A stretch of 64,000 nucleotides of DNA. Source: a virus. Taxonomy: Duplodnaviria > Heunggongvirae > Uroviricota > Caudoviricetes. The translations under genes and the position numbers were made by a program. The stretch lies in the IMG/VR virus record IMGVR_UViG_3300001199_000001, positions 197,404 to 261,403 of that record. One strand, given 5' to 3'. Shown here piece by piece: positions 1 to 8,397 of the stretch (its first letter is position 1; each line of letters begins with the position of its first letter). The notes beneath the pieces were generated by a model. It was not told the origin of the DNA and made no database searches. It was given only the letters and a program-made list of their open reading frames with translations.

Positions 1-500
1 AGTCTGTCTCCTCTCAGGTGATAGGTAGTCGTATTTTGCAAGACAATCTTGTCGATATCTTCAGATAGCGACAGGACGCGTTTGATGCTCCGTAACGCGT
101 CAGTGTCTTGAGTCTTGTCGATCCCAAAATGCTTCAGGATGCTGGAGAGACTCGAAAAGCCGCCTACCTCTTCTAGGAAGATCAAAATCTGGCGCTCGAC
201 GGTATCCGTATATTTGACCCGCTTTGCATTCCCAGTGCCGAGCGTATAGACCCCCCGCGAACGTTTATGGATGGAGCCTCGTCGCTCTAGGTTGAGGAGG
301 GTGTTGGCTATAAGCTTACGATTTTCCGGGAGGCTCCAATTATCGTCCCCCCAATGGTCTATGATGAACTGCGCATCAGCACCGTCGTCTTCGGCGGCAG
401 CAACGGCATCGATCAGTTTCTGTCGAAACTGTTCTTGCGTGCAGGAAACCCCTTTGATCACTTTAGCGACCACCGGGCGAGCTTTACGTTGTGCGGTCAT
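1..500 (-). CDS. Hypothetical protein, probable winged-helix DNA-binding protein (partial, runs off window)
   Basis: ATG at 500 overlaps upstream stop (ATGA); open to window edge: MTAQRKARPVV...IANTLLNLERRGSIHKRSRGVYTLG (wHTH-like wing). Confidence 0.6.
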   Translation of the reverse strand, partial: MTAQRKARPVVAKVIKGVSCTQEQFRQKLIDAVAAAEDDGADAQFIIDHWGDDNWSLPENRKLIANTLLNLERRGSIHKRSRGVYTLGTGNAKRVKYTDTVERQILIFLEEVGGFSSLSSILKHFGIDKTQDTDALRSIKRVLSLSEDIDKIVLQNTTTYHLRGDR

Positions 501-1354
501 GCGATTCCCAGGGCGTTCAAGAGGAGGGCTTCAGCTTCAGTCGCGAAGGTTTTATCGAGCGGCATCCGGTCCATACCTTCGCTTTTAACCCACGCCATTT
601 GAGTCTCGATGAATTCGTCCATCACAGCAATGCGCTCGCCGAAACCGATCTCCCCCACCGACATCTTCCGGCGCAGTAGTTTGTCGACCTCGGCACGCAG
701 ATCAGCCGGGATGATGTCCTGACTAAGGAGATGCGGCATGGTCATCGGCGGGACCTCGTTGAATTCCCTGATCCAGCTAATCGCAATCGATCCCCGCAGC
801 GCGTAGAGATACTTCTTCAAATTGACATTCGTCAGGCCTTTAACGACCATGCCGGACTGCCGGTAGTTCTCCATTTCCACCGCCGTCGGGCGATTGCCGA
901 TTTCTCCAGCGTAGCACTTCTGGGTCAGACCGAAGTAGTGACGTGCAGAAGCTTGCGGCGTTGCATGTCTCTTGATCAGCGTCCGCAGTTTGGCGGCGAA
1001 GGGGCCTGACTCACGATAGATCAACGGGCTCGACAGCCACTCAGCCACGGTCGCGTTGCCTTTGACCAGTAGCTTGATCGCCTTACGCAGGTCCCAGCCG
1101 TTGACATCCCATAGGCCGTCGATGGGGCGCTCGATCACATCGCGAGGATCGTCAATGCCAAGATAGGTCGGCAGCGGGCGCACATAGAAGAACCGCACGT
1201 CATAGTCGGAATCAGGCGACGGGAAGCCCCACGCCCGCGAACCGCTTTCGACAGCAAACAGGATGGTGACTTCCTCACGCGCCTCGATCTGGCCAAGCCG
1301 GATATTGGCCTCGCCGTAGATATCAAGCGGGATGGTCGGTGCTGTGAAGCTCAT
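497..1354 (-). CDS. Predicted nucleotidyltransferase (RlaP/YcgL, Nuc-transf family)
   Basis: ESGSRAWGFPSPDSDYDVRF Pol-beta motif, WDLRKA..L..KGN...EWL.SP, KKYLYALR; ATG at 1354 coupled to upstream TGA. Confidence 0.9.
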   Translation of the reverse strand: MSFTAPTIPLDIYGEANIRLGQIEAREEVTILFAVESGSRAWGFPSPDSDYDVRFFYVRPLPTYLGIDDPRDVIERPIDGLWDVNGWDLRKAIKLLVKGNATVAEWLSSPLIYRESGPFAAKLRTLIKRHATPQASARHYFGLTQKCYAGEIGNRPTAVEMENYRQSGMVVKGLTNVNLKKYLYALRGSIAISWIREFNEVPPMTMPHLLSQDIIPADLRAEVDKLLRRKMSVGEIGFGERIAVMDEFIETQMAWVKSEGMDRMPLDKTFATEAEALLLNALGIA

Positions 1355-2139
1355 CAGACAAGGTCCCCGAAAATAAAACCCGGTGTGCGCACCAGCCAAT
1401 TATCATCACGCCCGGTGTGAAAGGTTTTCATCTCGTTACGAGTGATGATTGCGTCTTCTGGCGGCTGCTTAGACGCAGGAATTCGCAGGCGCTCATCAGC
1501 AGATAGTCGTCGTTTGACGGCCTCCTTACGGACCCAAGTGCCGCGCCGAAAAGCGTCGGGGTAGGCCTCGAAATCCACGTCCTTTTGAGCAAGCATATCG
1601 ATCATCGTCGGGACGTTTTTCTGATGCATTTCCTTAGCCGAGTGATGATGACGGCAAGCCATGCTGACGGCATTACGCTCAGCGTCGAGTACGCGCCAAA
1701 AGAACATGTTGGCGACTTCATACGGTTTAGGCAGTTGAAGAACACGCGCGTCAAAGGTCGGATAGCGGTCTTCAAATGGCTCCCAACCCCGGATGGCGCG
1801 GGTGAACGCAGCGGTCGCCATCGCCGCTAGGACGCTGGTCATCTTGGTGATCTTGCCGTCGAAGAAGATCGAGTCGGTGTAATCCTTCGCTAGCCACGTC
1901 AAGCTGATTTCGTCGGACTGGGTATAGCCGATGACGGCGTGGGTTTTATCGACAAGATATTTGGTAGTCTCGACCATGGCGGCCGACATCCGCGCATCGA
2001 AAGGCTTGTCCATGCCTTTCGTCAGCCGCGAGAAGCCCTTGCCGTCGATGCGAGCATAAACTGGCAGCATCGGCAGGAACAACCTGCCGGTTTCCTGCCG
2101 TTCATAAGCCTTCATGCGGTCGCCGAGATCATCCCTCAT
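1354..2139 (-). CDS. tRNA(His) guanylyltransferase Thg1-like protein (TLP)
   Basis: DRMKAYE, ARIDGKGFSRLT, YTQSDEISL, FDGKITK, FDARV, FFWR..DA.RNAVSM motifs. Confidence 0.93.
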   Translation of the reverse strand: MRDDLGDRMKAYERQETGRLFLPMLPVYARIDGKGFSRLTKGMDKPFDARMSAAMVETTKYLVDKTHAVIGYTQSDEISLTWLAKDYTDSIFFDGKITKMTSVLAAMATAAFTRAIRGWEPFEDRYPTFDARVLQLPKPYEVANMFFWRVLDAERNAVSMACRHHHSAKEMHQKNVPTMIDMLAQKDVDFEAYPDAFRRGTWVRKEAVKRRLSADERLRIPASKQPPEDAIITRNEMKTFHTGRDDNWLVRTPGFIFGDLV

Positions 2140-2314
2140 CTGCCCATTTTAAAAGGCGGCGTGTCACAAGTCAACACATGAGTGTTTGTCAAGCGAACAA
2201 TTCCTTAATCCCGCCACAAATCAGTGAGATGGTCTAGGCTCGGCGCGAAGGGGCGGGCGATTGGGGCGAGTCACTTTAAGTGTACTCGCCCCACTTTCAG
2301 TGGGAGTATCCATT

Positions 2315-5191
2315 TTGCCTTATTTTAAGTTCAACGGCACCACTGCGCCAGAAAGTGCGGCCGGAGCCAATATTTACAACATCACGACAGCCGTTAACGG
2401 TACAAACAGCGCAGAAAGCTTCTGGCTGAATGGTGGCGGATCGGCGGCCGGAGGCGGGGGCGATGATACCTATTACTTCCAAGGAGGCACGGGCGTCCTC
2501 GAACTAGCTGGCGGGGGTGTGGACACCATTTCCGCGTGGCAAAAAATCGATCTTTCGAAATATGCCTTCGTCGAGAACGGGTCTACGAACGAATGGATTC
2601 TTGGTAACGATCTGGATAACATCGTAAGCGGAGCCCAAGTCTACGGCGGTAAGGGTCAAGACGTGCTGGTCGGTAATTCCGGCAAGACGGTATTTATCGT
2701 TCACGCTGGCGAAGGTAACGACGCCATTTACAATTTCAACACGGCCGAAGATGTCGTCAGAATCAAATCCACAATCACGGATATTAGTCAGCTTACCCTA
2801 ACACAACAGGGCTCTGACACCGTTGTCGGTTTTGGATCGGACGCCTTCGTCCTCCGTGGCGTCACCGCCTCATCCCTCACCGCAGCAAACTTCAACCTTG
2901 CATTGGACTATAACAAGCTCGGGGCTTTGACGCTTAGCGAAGAGTTCAACACACTTAACCTCTGGAATCCGGACACGGATACCGGTCTGTGGAGCAAGAG
3001 TTTCGGCTATAGCGACAATGGCATTGAGTCGTTGATCGGTAACGGCGAGAAGCAAAATTACAACCGGGACGCGGATAACCTTACCCTAAACAGCGACGGC
3101 ACTTTAAGCCTGATCGCTCACAAGACGACCGACCCATTCTCACTCGCAAATGGTTATGAATACACCTCGGGTATGATCAGCAGCCGCGATTATGCGCCTT
3201 GGGTTGAGGGTAAACCGACCGGGTCGCCACAGTTTGTCCAGCAATACGGCTATTTTGAAATGCGGGCAGAAGTGCCGGTAGAAGCAGGAACATGGCCTGC
3301 CTTCTGGTTGATGCCTGCCGATTGGACTTGGCCGCCTGAACTGGACATCATGGAGATGGTTGGTTCTGATCCGGGAACGGTTCACACCAGCCAGCATACG
3401 AATGAAACCGGCGGTCATACAGGTGTCGGATTCGGGAATGCCATCCCTGGGATTGCTGCCGGTTTCCATACCTTCGGCGTGATGTGGACCGCCGAGACCT
3501 TGACCTTCTATGTCGATAGCATCGAGGTCTTTAAGACCCGTACGCCGGACGACATGCATAAACCTATGGGTATTATCGCCAACCTCGCCTTAGGCGGTGG
3601 TTGGGCTGGACCGGTTGATCTAGGCGCCGACGGCAAAGCGGAAATGAAGATCGACTATATCCGCGCTTACGCCCTGAAGGACGATACGAACCCGCCACCG
3701 CCGGTCGAGACGACCATCAGCCTCGGTACGGGTCAGACCGTCACGGAAGGCGATAGCGGTGATAAGATCATGACCTTTACCGTCTCTCGCTCTGGCGACC
3801 TCACGCACGCCTCCACGGTCAACTACGCTGTGACGGCGGGAACGGCGACAGTGGGTGACTACACGGCTTCACCCTCAGGCACGCTTTCCTTTGCCATTGG
3901 CGAGGCGTCGAAGACCATTCAGGTCACGGTCAAAGGTGACACCGTGGTCGAATCCGACGAGTCCTTCACGGTGAATCTTTCAGGCCCGACGGGCGGTAAG
4001 TTGGGTACGGCCAGTGCGACCGGAGTCATTTTAAATGATGACTCTGCTGCACCTCCTCCTCCCCCACCGCCACCTCCGCCTCCGGGTGATACGGTCATCA
4101 GCTTCGCTGCGGACCAAAGCATCACCGAAGGTGATAGCGGCGAGAAAGTCGTCACCGTTACGGTCAATCGGACGGGTGATTTGTCGGTCTACTCCATCGT
4201 CGATACATGGACAGACATCGGATGGAGCGGAGCTTCAGCAGACGACGTTGTTGGCTCGCCGGGAGGATCGGTCTATTTCCACGCCGGGGAAAGCACCAAG
4301 ACGCTCGATATTCGCATCAAGGGCGACACGGTGGTTGAAGGCGACGAAACCTTCCACATCTATATGAGCAATCCTCGTGATGCTGTGATCGGCGATGACC
4401 GGATGGCTATCACCATCCTAAACGACGACAGCGTTGCGCCCCCGCCACCGCCTCCTCCCGCTCCCGTGATTAATCTCGGTGGCGAACAGACGGTGACCGA
4501 AGGCAACAGCGGCTCGAAGATGATGACCTTCACGGCAACCCGTACGGGTGATCTGACAGGCGTGTCGTCGGTTAACTATTGGGCTCAGTTGGGTGCTTTG
4601 GTGACCAGCGATGACTTCGTAGGAGCACCGTCAGGAACCGTGTCGTTCGCGGCGGGTGAAGCTTCTAAGACGTTCCAGATCGCCGTCAAGGGGGATACGG
4701 TCGTTGAAGCTGACGAGACTTTCAATGTCTTCCTTGATACCGTTAATGGAGCCGTTCTCGGAACCGCAGCCTCAAAGGGTCACATCCTGAATGACGATGT
4801 GGCCGCGCCGCCTCCTCCCCCGCCGACTCCCGTTACCTTGATAGGCACTAAGGGGGCAAACACCCTCGTTGGCAAGGATGGTAACGATAACCTTTATGGC
4901 CTGGGCGGTAACGATAAGCTCGAAGGTGGCAAGGGTGATGACGTTCTGACCGGCGGTGCTGGTGATGACACCTTCATCTTCCGTCAGGGTTTTGGTGACG
5001 ACACCATCGTTGACTTCTATGCGGGTGGAAAGACAGATGAACTTCAGTTCATCGGCTTCGGCTCCACACGACCGACTTCCACGGTTCAGATGGGCGACAA
5101 CGTCCTGATTTCATTCGCCTCGGGGGACAGCATCACACTGCTGGACACCTACCTCGGCGATCTGAGGACCAGCGACTGGATTTGGGGTTAA
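2315..5191 (+). CDS. ExsH-like endo-beta-glycanase (GH16) with three Calx-beta domains and RTX Ca-binding repeats
   Basis: YGYFEMRA..P...G.WPAFWLMP..WPPELDIME (GH16 ExDxxE); N-terminal GGGGDDTYY/GVDTI..W as in ExsH; 3x EGDSG...GDTVVE.DE.F...ILNDD with poly-Pro linkers; C-terminal GGxGxD repeats; probable TTG start at 2315 after GGGAG. Confidence 0.88.
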   Translation: MPYFKFNGTTAPESAAGANIYNITTAVNGTNSAESFWLNGGGSAAGGGGDDTYYFQGGTGVLELAGGGVDTISAWQKIDLSKYAFVENGSTNEWILGNDLDNIVSGAQVYGGKGQDVLVGNSGKTVFIVHAGEGNDAIYNFNTAEDVVRIKSTITDISQLTLTQQGSDTVVGFGSDAFVLRGVTASSLTAANFNLALDYNKLGALTLSEEFNTLNLWNPDTDTGLWSKSFGYSDNGIESLIGNGEKQNYNRDADNLTLNSDGTLSLIAHKTTDPFSLANGYEYTSGMISSRDYAPWVEGKPTGSPQFVQQYGYFEMRAEVPVEAGTWPAFWLMPADWTWPPELDIMEMVGSDPGTVHTSQHTNETGGHTGVGFGNAIPGIAAGFHTFGVMWTAETLTFYVDSIEVFKTRTPDDMHKPMGIIANLALGGGWAGPVDLGADGKAEMKIDYIRAYALKDDTNPPPPVETTISLGTGQTVTEGDSGDKIMTFTVSRSGDLTHASTVNYAVTAGTATVGDYTASPSGTLSFAIGEASKTIQVTVKGDTVVESDESFTVNLSGPTGGKLGTASATGVILNDDSAAPPPPPPPPPPPGDTVISFAADQSITEGDSGEKVVTVTVNRTGDLSVYSIVDTWTDIGWSGASADDVVGSPGGSVYFHAGESTKTLDIRIKGDTVVEGDETFHIYMSNPRDAVIGDDRMAITILNDDSVAPPPPPPPAPVINLGGEQTVTEGNSGSKMMTFTATRTGDLTGVSSVNYWAQLGALVTSDDFVGAPSGTVSFAAGEASKTFQIAVKGDTVVEADETFNVFLDTVNGAVLGTAASKGHILNDDVAAPPPPPPTPVTLIGTKGANTLVGKDGNDNLYGLGGNDKLEGGKGDDVLTGGAGDDTFIFRQGFGDDTIVDFYAGGKTDELQFIGFGSTRPTSTVQMGDNVLISFASGDSITLLDTYLGDLRTSDWIWG

Positions 5192-5309
5192 AAGGGTCAT
5201 TCGTCCGCCTCGCTATCATCGCGTAAAAGCGCTTTAGCAGCACTCCAAAGGCAGAACAGTGCTAAGCCCGCGAACGCCAAGGCTTGCGGTAGAAGTACTA
5301 TGCTTACTT

Positions 5310-5747
5310 TCATACACGGCTCCCGTCAGGCCTTAAGCGTACCGGCTCTTGTTCCGGATTGCAGGGATGATGTCCCTGTTCGACAAAATATTTGTCGCGC
5401 TTAATCGCCTTTCCGTTTGGCAGGTAGAATGAAAATCGCCGGACGGCAGGCCCGGTTATCAGGAATGTCACAGTTCCAGGCATGACCTGCGTAACCTTGT
5501 GCCGATACTCGGCCCGGCGAAAACGCAGTGATCCCCATCTGAGGGTATCGCGCCCTGCTGGACTTTCGTCGACATAACCACCCCACAGCACAAGGGTCAA
5601 AAACCAGTGCTTATGGTCGTGAAAAGCACGCCTGTCGTCGTCGGCGAACCACCGATGAAATCGGATGGCGAAAGCGCCGAAATCGACCCCCAGCAGGTGG
5701 AAGTAGGGACATTCTGGCAACCCGCCGCGATGATTGAGAAACTTCAT
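5310..5747 (-). CDS. Cupin-like phage protein
   Basis: HDH.HWFLTLVLWGGYVDE...H motif typical of phage cupin-fold proteins. Confidence 0.65.
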   Translation of the reverse strand: MKFLNHRGGLPECPYFHLLGVDFGAFAIRFHRWFADDDRRAFHDHKHWFLTLVLWGGYVDESPAGRDTLRWGSLRFRRAEYRHKVTQVMPGTVTFLITGPAVRRFSFYLPNGKAIKRDKYFVEQGHHPCNPEQEPVRLRPDGSRV

Positions 5748-6235
5748 AGCTTGATGATCGAGGCGCTGACCGGCTTGCCTTGAAATTCAAAACGATCTTC
5801 GAGTCTGAATCGCTCGCCACCGTACACCGACTGCACGATGTCGGCTTGATCATCATGTAGAAGCGCGACAATCGCCGAGTACTGCTTGAACGCGCAGCGT
5901 GTTTTCGCCTGTTCGACGAATTTGAAACCCAATCCCAACGGCGGGTTCATCAAACAAACTGTGAAAAGCCTCTGGCCTGGAACCATAATAGGATCGCGAA
6001 GGAAGTCCGCGTGCCGGACATCGGCAAAATGCTGCCGCAAGAACGCGCAACGAGATGCATTCAACTCAATGCAGGTAACATCGGCCCCTGCTTCCTTGGC
6101 GAGAAACGCTAGGCTGCCACACCCGGCTCCGGGAACGAGGACCCGGTCGTAGAAGTCAAGTCCGCCCACTAGCCTCACCATCTGGAGCGCTATGTGGAGC
6201 GGCGTAGACGTAGCTTCAAAGACGACCTGTTCCAT
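5744..6235 (-). CDS. SAM-dependent methyltransferase-like protein
   Basis: RVLVPGAGCGSLA (motif I), VTCIELN, HADFL, MNPP. Confidence 0.75.
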   Translation of the reverse strand: MEQVVFEATSTPLHIALQMVRLVGGLDFYDRVLVPGAGCGSLAFLAKEAGADVTCIELNASRCAFLRQHFADVRHADFLRDPIMVPGQRLFTVCLMNPPLGLGFKFVEQAKTRCAFKQYSAIVALLHDDQADIVQSVYGGERFRLEDRFEFQGKPVSASIIKL

Positions 6236-6249
6236 ATCTTCCTATAAAA

Positions 6250-6493
6250 TGGTCCGAGGGGCGGGATTCGAACCGACGACCTCCGAGTCTTCATCCAGCA
6301 ACTTCAGGTATGTCTCATAGCGTTCTTATCCGTTCACAAGGTAGCGACCCTTGCTACTAGGTCCGGATATCTACGAGTTTTCGAGCCTCAAATCACCACA
6401 GTCAGGCTGAAGTGGGCCTAACCGTTACGTAATCCTACTCTCTTCCGTCTGTTTACGCTGGCCTCGGCGCTCTACCAACTGAGCTACCCCCGG
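6250..6493 (-). tRNA. tRNA-Phe(GAA)-like gene with 168-nt insertion in the anticodon arm
   Basis: CCGGGGG/CCCTCGG-A-CCA acceptor, TAGCTCAGTTGGTAGAGC D arm, CCGAG/CTCGG anticodon stem, TTCGAAT T loop; removing 6295-6462 leaves 76 nt with loop ATGAAGA. Confidence 0.8.
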
Positions 6494-6502
6494 CTGATTG
6501 TT

Positions 6503-6538
6503 AGATTAGTAGGAGTTGACGACGTTGTCAACTCCTAC
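6503..6538 (-). promoter_or_regulatory. Sigma70-type promoter embedded in a perfect 12-bp inverted repeat
   Basis: TTGACA-N17-TAATCT just upstream of the tRNA-like gene; GTAGGAGTTGAC-N6-GTCAACTCCTAC at 6509-6538. Confidence 0.7.
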
Positions 6539-6547
6539 GAACCAAAT

Positions 6548-6886
6548 TTAGGCTGCCTGCTTCATTTCGCCCAGTGGACGCAGATGGGCGAACCGCTGGC
6601 GAGCTTCACCTTGTAAGGGTTCAGTCGCCAGTGCGGTGTAGCCGGTGTCATAGTCCGGTTCGTGGAAGCAGTGGTAGCGAATGCCGTCCTTTTCGAGATC
6701 GCGCTTCAGCTTGATCAGGTCCCGTTCCGAATCGATCCCGAACAAGACGAAATTGGTCTTGCCGTTCGGGTAGTCGTCACGAGAAAGTTCAAGCCCAAGC
6801 TCGAACGTCGCATGGGCGGTCTGGATGACCTGAACCCGTGGGCTCAGGTCGGTTCGGATGAACAGGTAAAGGTAATGCTCGGGCAT
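6548..6886 (-). CDS. Peptidyl-tRNA hydrolase Pth2-like protein
   Basis: YLFIRTDLS....IQTAHA ... FHEPD...TALA pattern of short Pth2-fold proteins. Confidence 0.75.
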   Translation of the reverse strand: MPEHYLYLFIRTDLSPRVQVIQTAHATFELGLELSRDDYPNGKTNFVLFGIDSERDLIKLKRDLEKDGIRYHCFHEPDYDTGYTALATEPLQGEARQRFAHLRPLGEMKQAA

Positions 6887-7257
6887 TAGTCCTCCATCCT
6901 GATTTCATCGCAGAGGTAAGTCGCCAACGCCCTATAGCGCGAGGTCAGTTCGTTATCCGCTGTCGGCATGTTGAACGGCGTGCCGAAGTCCTTTGCCTGC
7001 TTAAGCCGCAGATAGAGGGTTCGTCGACCGTGCTGTTTTGACGGCGTGAAGGCTGCGCGGAGCTTGCGCAACGCCCATGCTTCGGCCTCATCCGATCCGA
7101 GCTTGTCGGTCAGATTGATGGACTGGGTGATGATGAACTGAATATAAGCCGAATCGCTGTTGAGCTTGGCATAAGCCAAGGTCTTCCAAGCAGTGCGATT
7201 GGCGCGGTAGGCGGCCTTTGTGTCGGCGGCCTCAAGGGTAGTCGTTTCCATTTTCAT
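6886..7257 (-). CDS. Hypothetical protein
   Basis: ORF with RBS AAAGG, translationally coupled (TAATG) to the Pth2-like gene. Confidence 0.7.
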   Translation of the reverse strand: MKMETTTLEAADTKAAYRANRTAWKTLAYAKLNSDSAYIQFIITQSINLTDKLGSDEAEAWALRKLRAAFTPSKQHGRRTLYLRLKQAKDFGTPFNMPTADNELTSRYRALATYLCDEIRMED

Positions 7258-7298
7258 GATCCTTTGCTGAATTGAATAGTCTTCGAGCGAAGGATCGA

Positions 7299-7340
7299 TC
7301 AGGGTGGTTCTAGCTTATACCGACATCAGTCGTACCTCTC
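7299..7340 (-). other. Putative translational leader: minigene MSV* with an overlapping +1 frame ending YKLEPP*
   Basis: GAGAGG-N8-ATG TCG GTA TAA; +1 frame TAT AAG CTA GAA CCA CCC TGA. Confidence 0.5.
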
Positions 7341-7347
7341 TTAAAGT

Positions 7348-7425
7348 TGGCGCCCGTGACAGGAGTCGAACCTGCAAACCTTTCTGGTGTATGCCCAGAC
7401 TGCTCCGCCGTTGAGCTACACAGGC
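7348..7425 (-). tRNA. tRNA-like RNA with non-canonical anticodon loop (undetermined isotype)
   Basis: GCCTGTG/CACGGGC-G-CCA, GCTC/GAGC D stem, GCAGG-TTCGACT-CCTGT T arm; loop GCATACA lacks U33; promoter TTGACA-N17-TATATT upstream. Confidence 0.78.
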
Positions 7426-7466
7426 TTAATGTGTGAGATGAATATAGACGCTTGGATTAACCCTGT

Positions 7467-7549
7467 CAAGGGTTTTTAGTCAACACCTCTAGAAGAAGGT
7501 CTTGACGCCAAGGGTTTTTAGTCAACACCTCTAGAAGAAGGTCTTGACG
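7467..7549. repeat. Tandem duplication, 41-bp unit (42-bp period)
   Basis: caagggtttttagtcaacacctctagaagaaggtcttgacg at 7467 and 7509. Confidence 0.9.
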
Positions 7550-7923
7550 ACATCATCGTACGGACAGCCTTCAGCGAAATGCTCTCCATTCATGTCGATG
7601 GGTCCGATCCCCAAAGCGGTGATGACCGCCGGATAATGGGGGCGAACGCGTTCCTTGACCAAAGCAACGCCGCAGATCGGCTTATAGTCCTCGTACAACT
7701 GGAGGAGAATTGCTTCAGGGGCTGTGTACATGTCCTTGATCATCGGTTTTCGTGAATACCGAAACACCTCCACTTCCTTTTTATCGAAGCGTAGTTCCGA
7801 ATCCCAATAGGCTCGCATCATCGCCTCAGAGGATGCTTGATGTAGGCCAAGCTTGCGGGCTCTCGCCGCTTTGATCGCTTCAGCAGAAAGTACGCAGATC
7901 ATTCTCGGTCTATACCCCGTCAT
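7531..7923 (-). CDS. Degenerate Pth2-like paralog
   Basis: Aligns by eye to 7924-8397 (MICVLSAEAIKAAR, AYWD, LYEDY, TALGIGP, PYDDVVKTFF) but lacks GK..AQ..HA and DRG.T motifs. Confidence 0.7.
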   Translation of the reverse strand: MTGYRPRMICVLSAEAIKAARARKLGLHQASSEAMMRAYWDSELRFDKKEVEVFRYSRKPMIKDMYTAPEAILLQLYEDYKPICGVALVKERVRPHYPAVITALGIGPIDMNGEHFAEGCPYDDVVKTFF

Positions 7924-8397
7924 TTAAATGAACATCTTGATCTGGTCGTAATACGGCTTGTTCGCCGCAAGCCGCTCGCCCTTCAGGTGCAGGGGGCCGA
8001 TACCGACGGCGGTCAAGGTCTCGCCGTCGAACACCGTCAGACCTCGGTCGACAACGCGGGTTATGCCGCCTTCGTTGACGTAGTCTTCATAGAGCATGTT
8101 GACGACCGTCTCAGGCGCGATCAGGGTAATCTTACCAGCCCCGCCCTTGGTGATGTCACGGTAAGCTTTCGCCGTCTTCGGGAAACGCTTCTCAGCGTCC
8201 CAGTAAGCATGCAGGAAGGCGTGTCCTGATTGGGCATGCATCTTGCCTCTGTTGCCCTTGGCGGCCTTCACAGCCGCTTCAGAGAAGATGCAGTACATTT
8301 TATAGTCAAGGACCCCTTTCGGGGGTGGCTCCTTGCCGGTCAGCTTATGCCAAATGTAGAGGATGATCGAAAGTATCCACCGTCCGGTCTCTTCCAT
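7924..8397 (-). CDS. Peptidyl-tRNA hydrolase Pth2 family
   Basis: RGKMHAQSGHA, KITL, VVDRGLTVF, TLTAVGIGP motifs. Confidence 0.88.
   Translation of the reverse strand: MEETGRWILSIILYIWHKLTGKEPPPKGVLDYKMYCIFSEAAVKAAKGNRGKMHAQSGHAFLHAYWDAEKRFPKTAKAYRDITKGGAGKITLIAPETVVNMLYEDYVNEGGITRVVDRGLTVFDGETLTAVGIGPLHLKGERLAANKPYYDQIKMFI

Noticed and set aside
4040-4830. C-rich low-complexity tracts as regulatory or G4 repeats
   Set aside because: They encode poly-proline linkers between Calx-beta domains, with varied codons.
6250-6493. Canonical tmRNA
   Set aside because: Has a full D stem, G3-C70 rather than G3-U70, is only 244 nt and shows no recognisable tag ORF.
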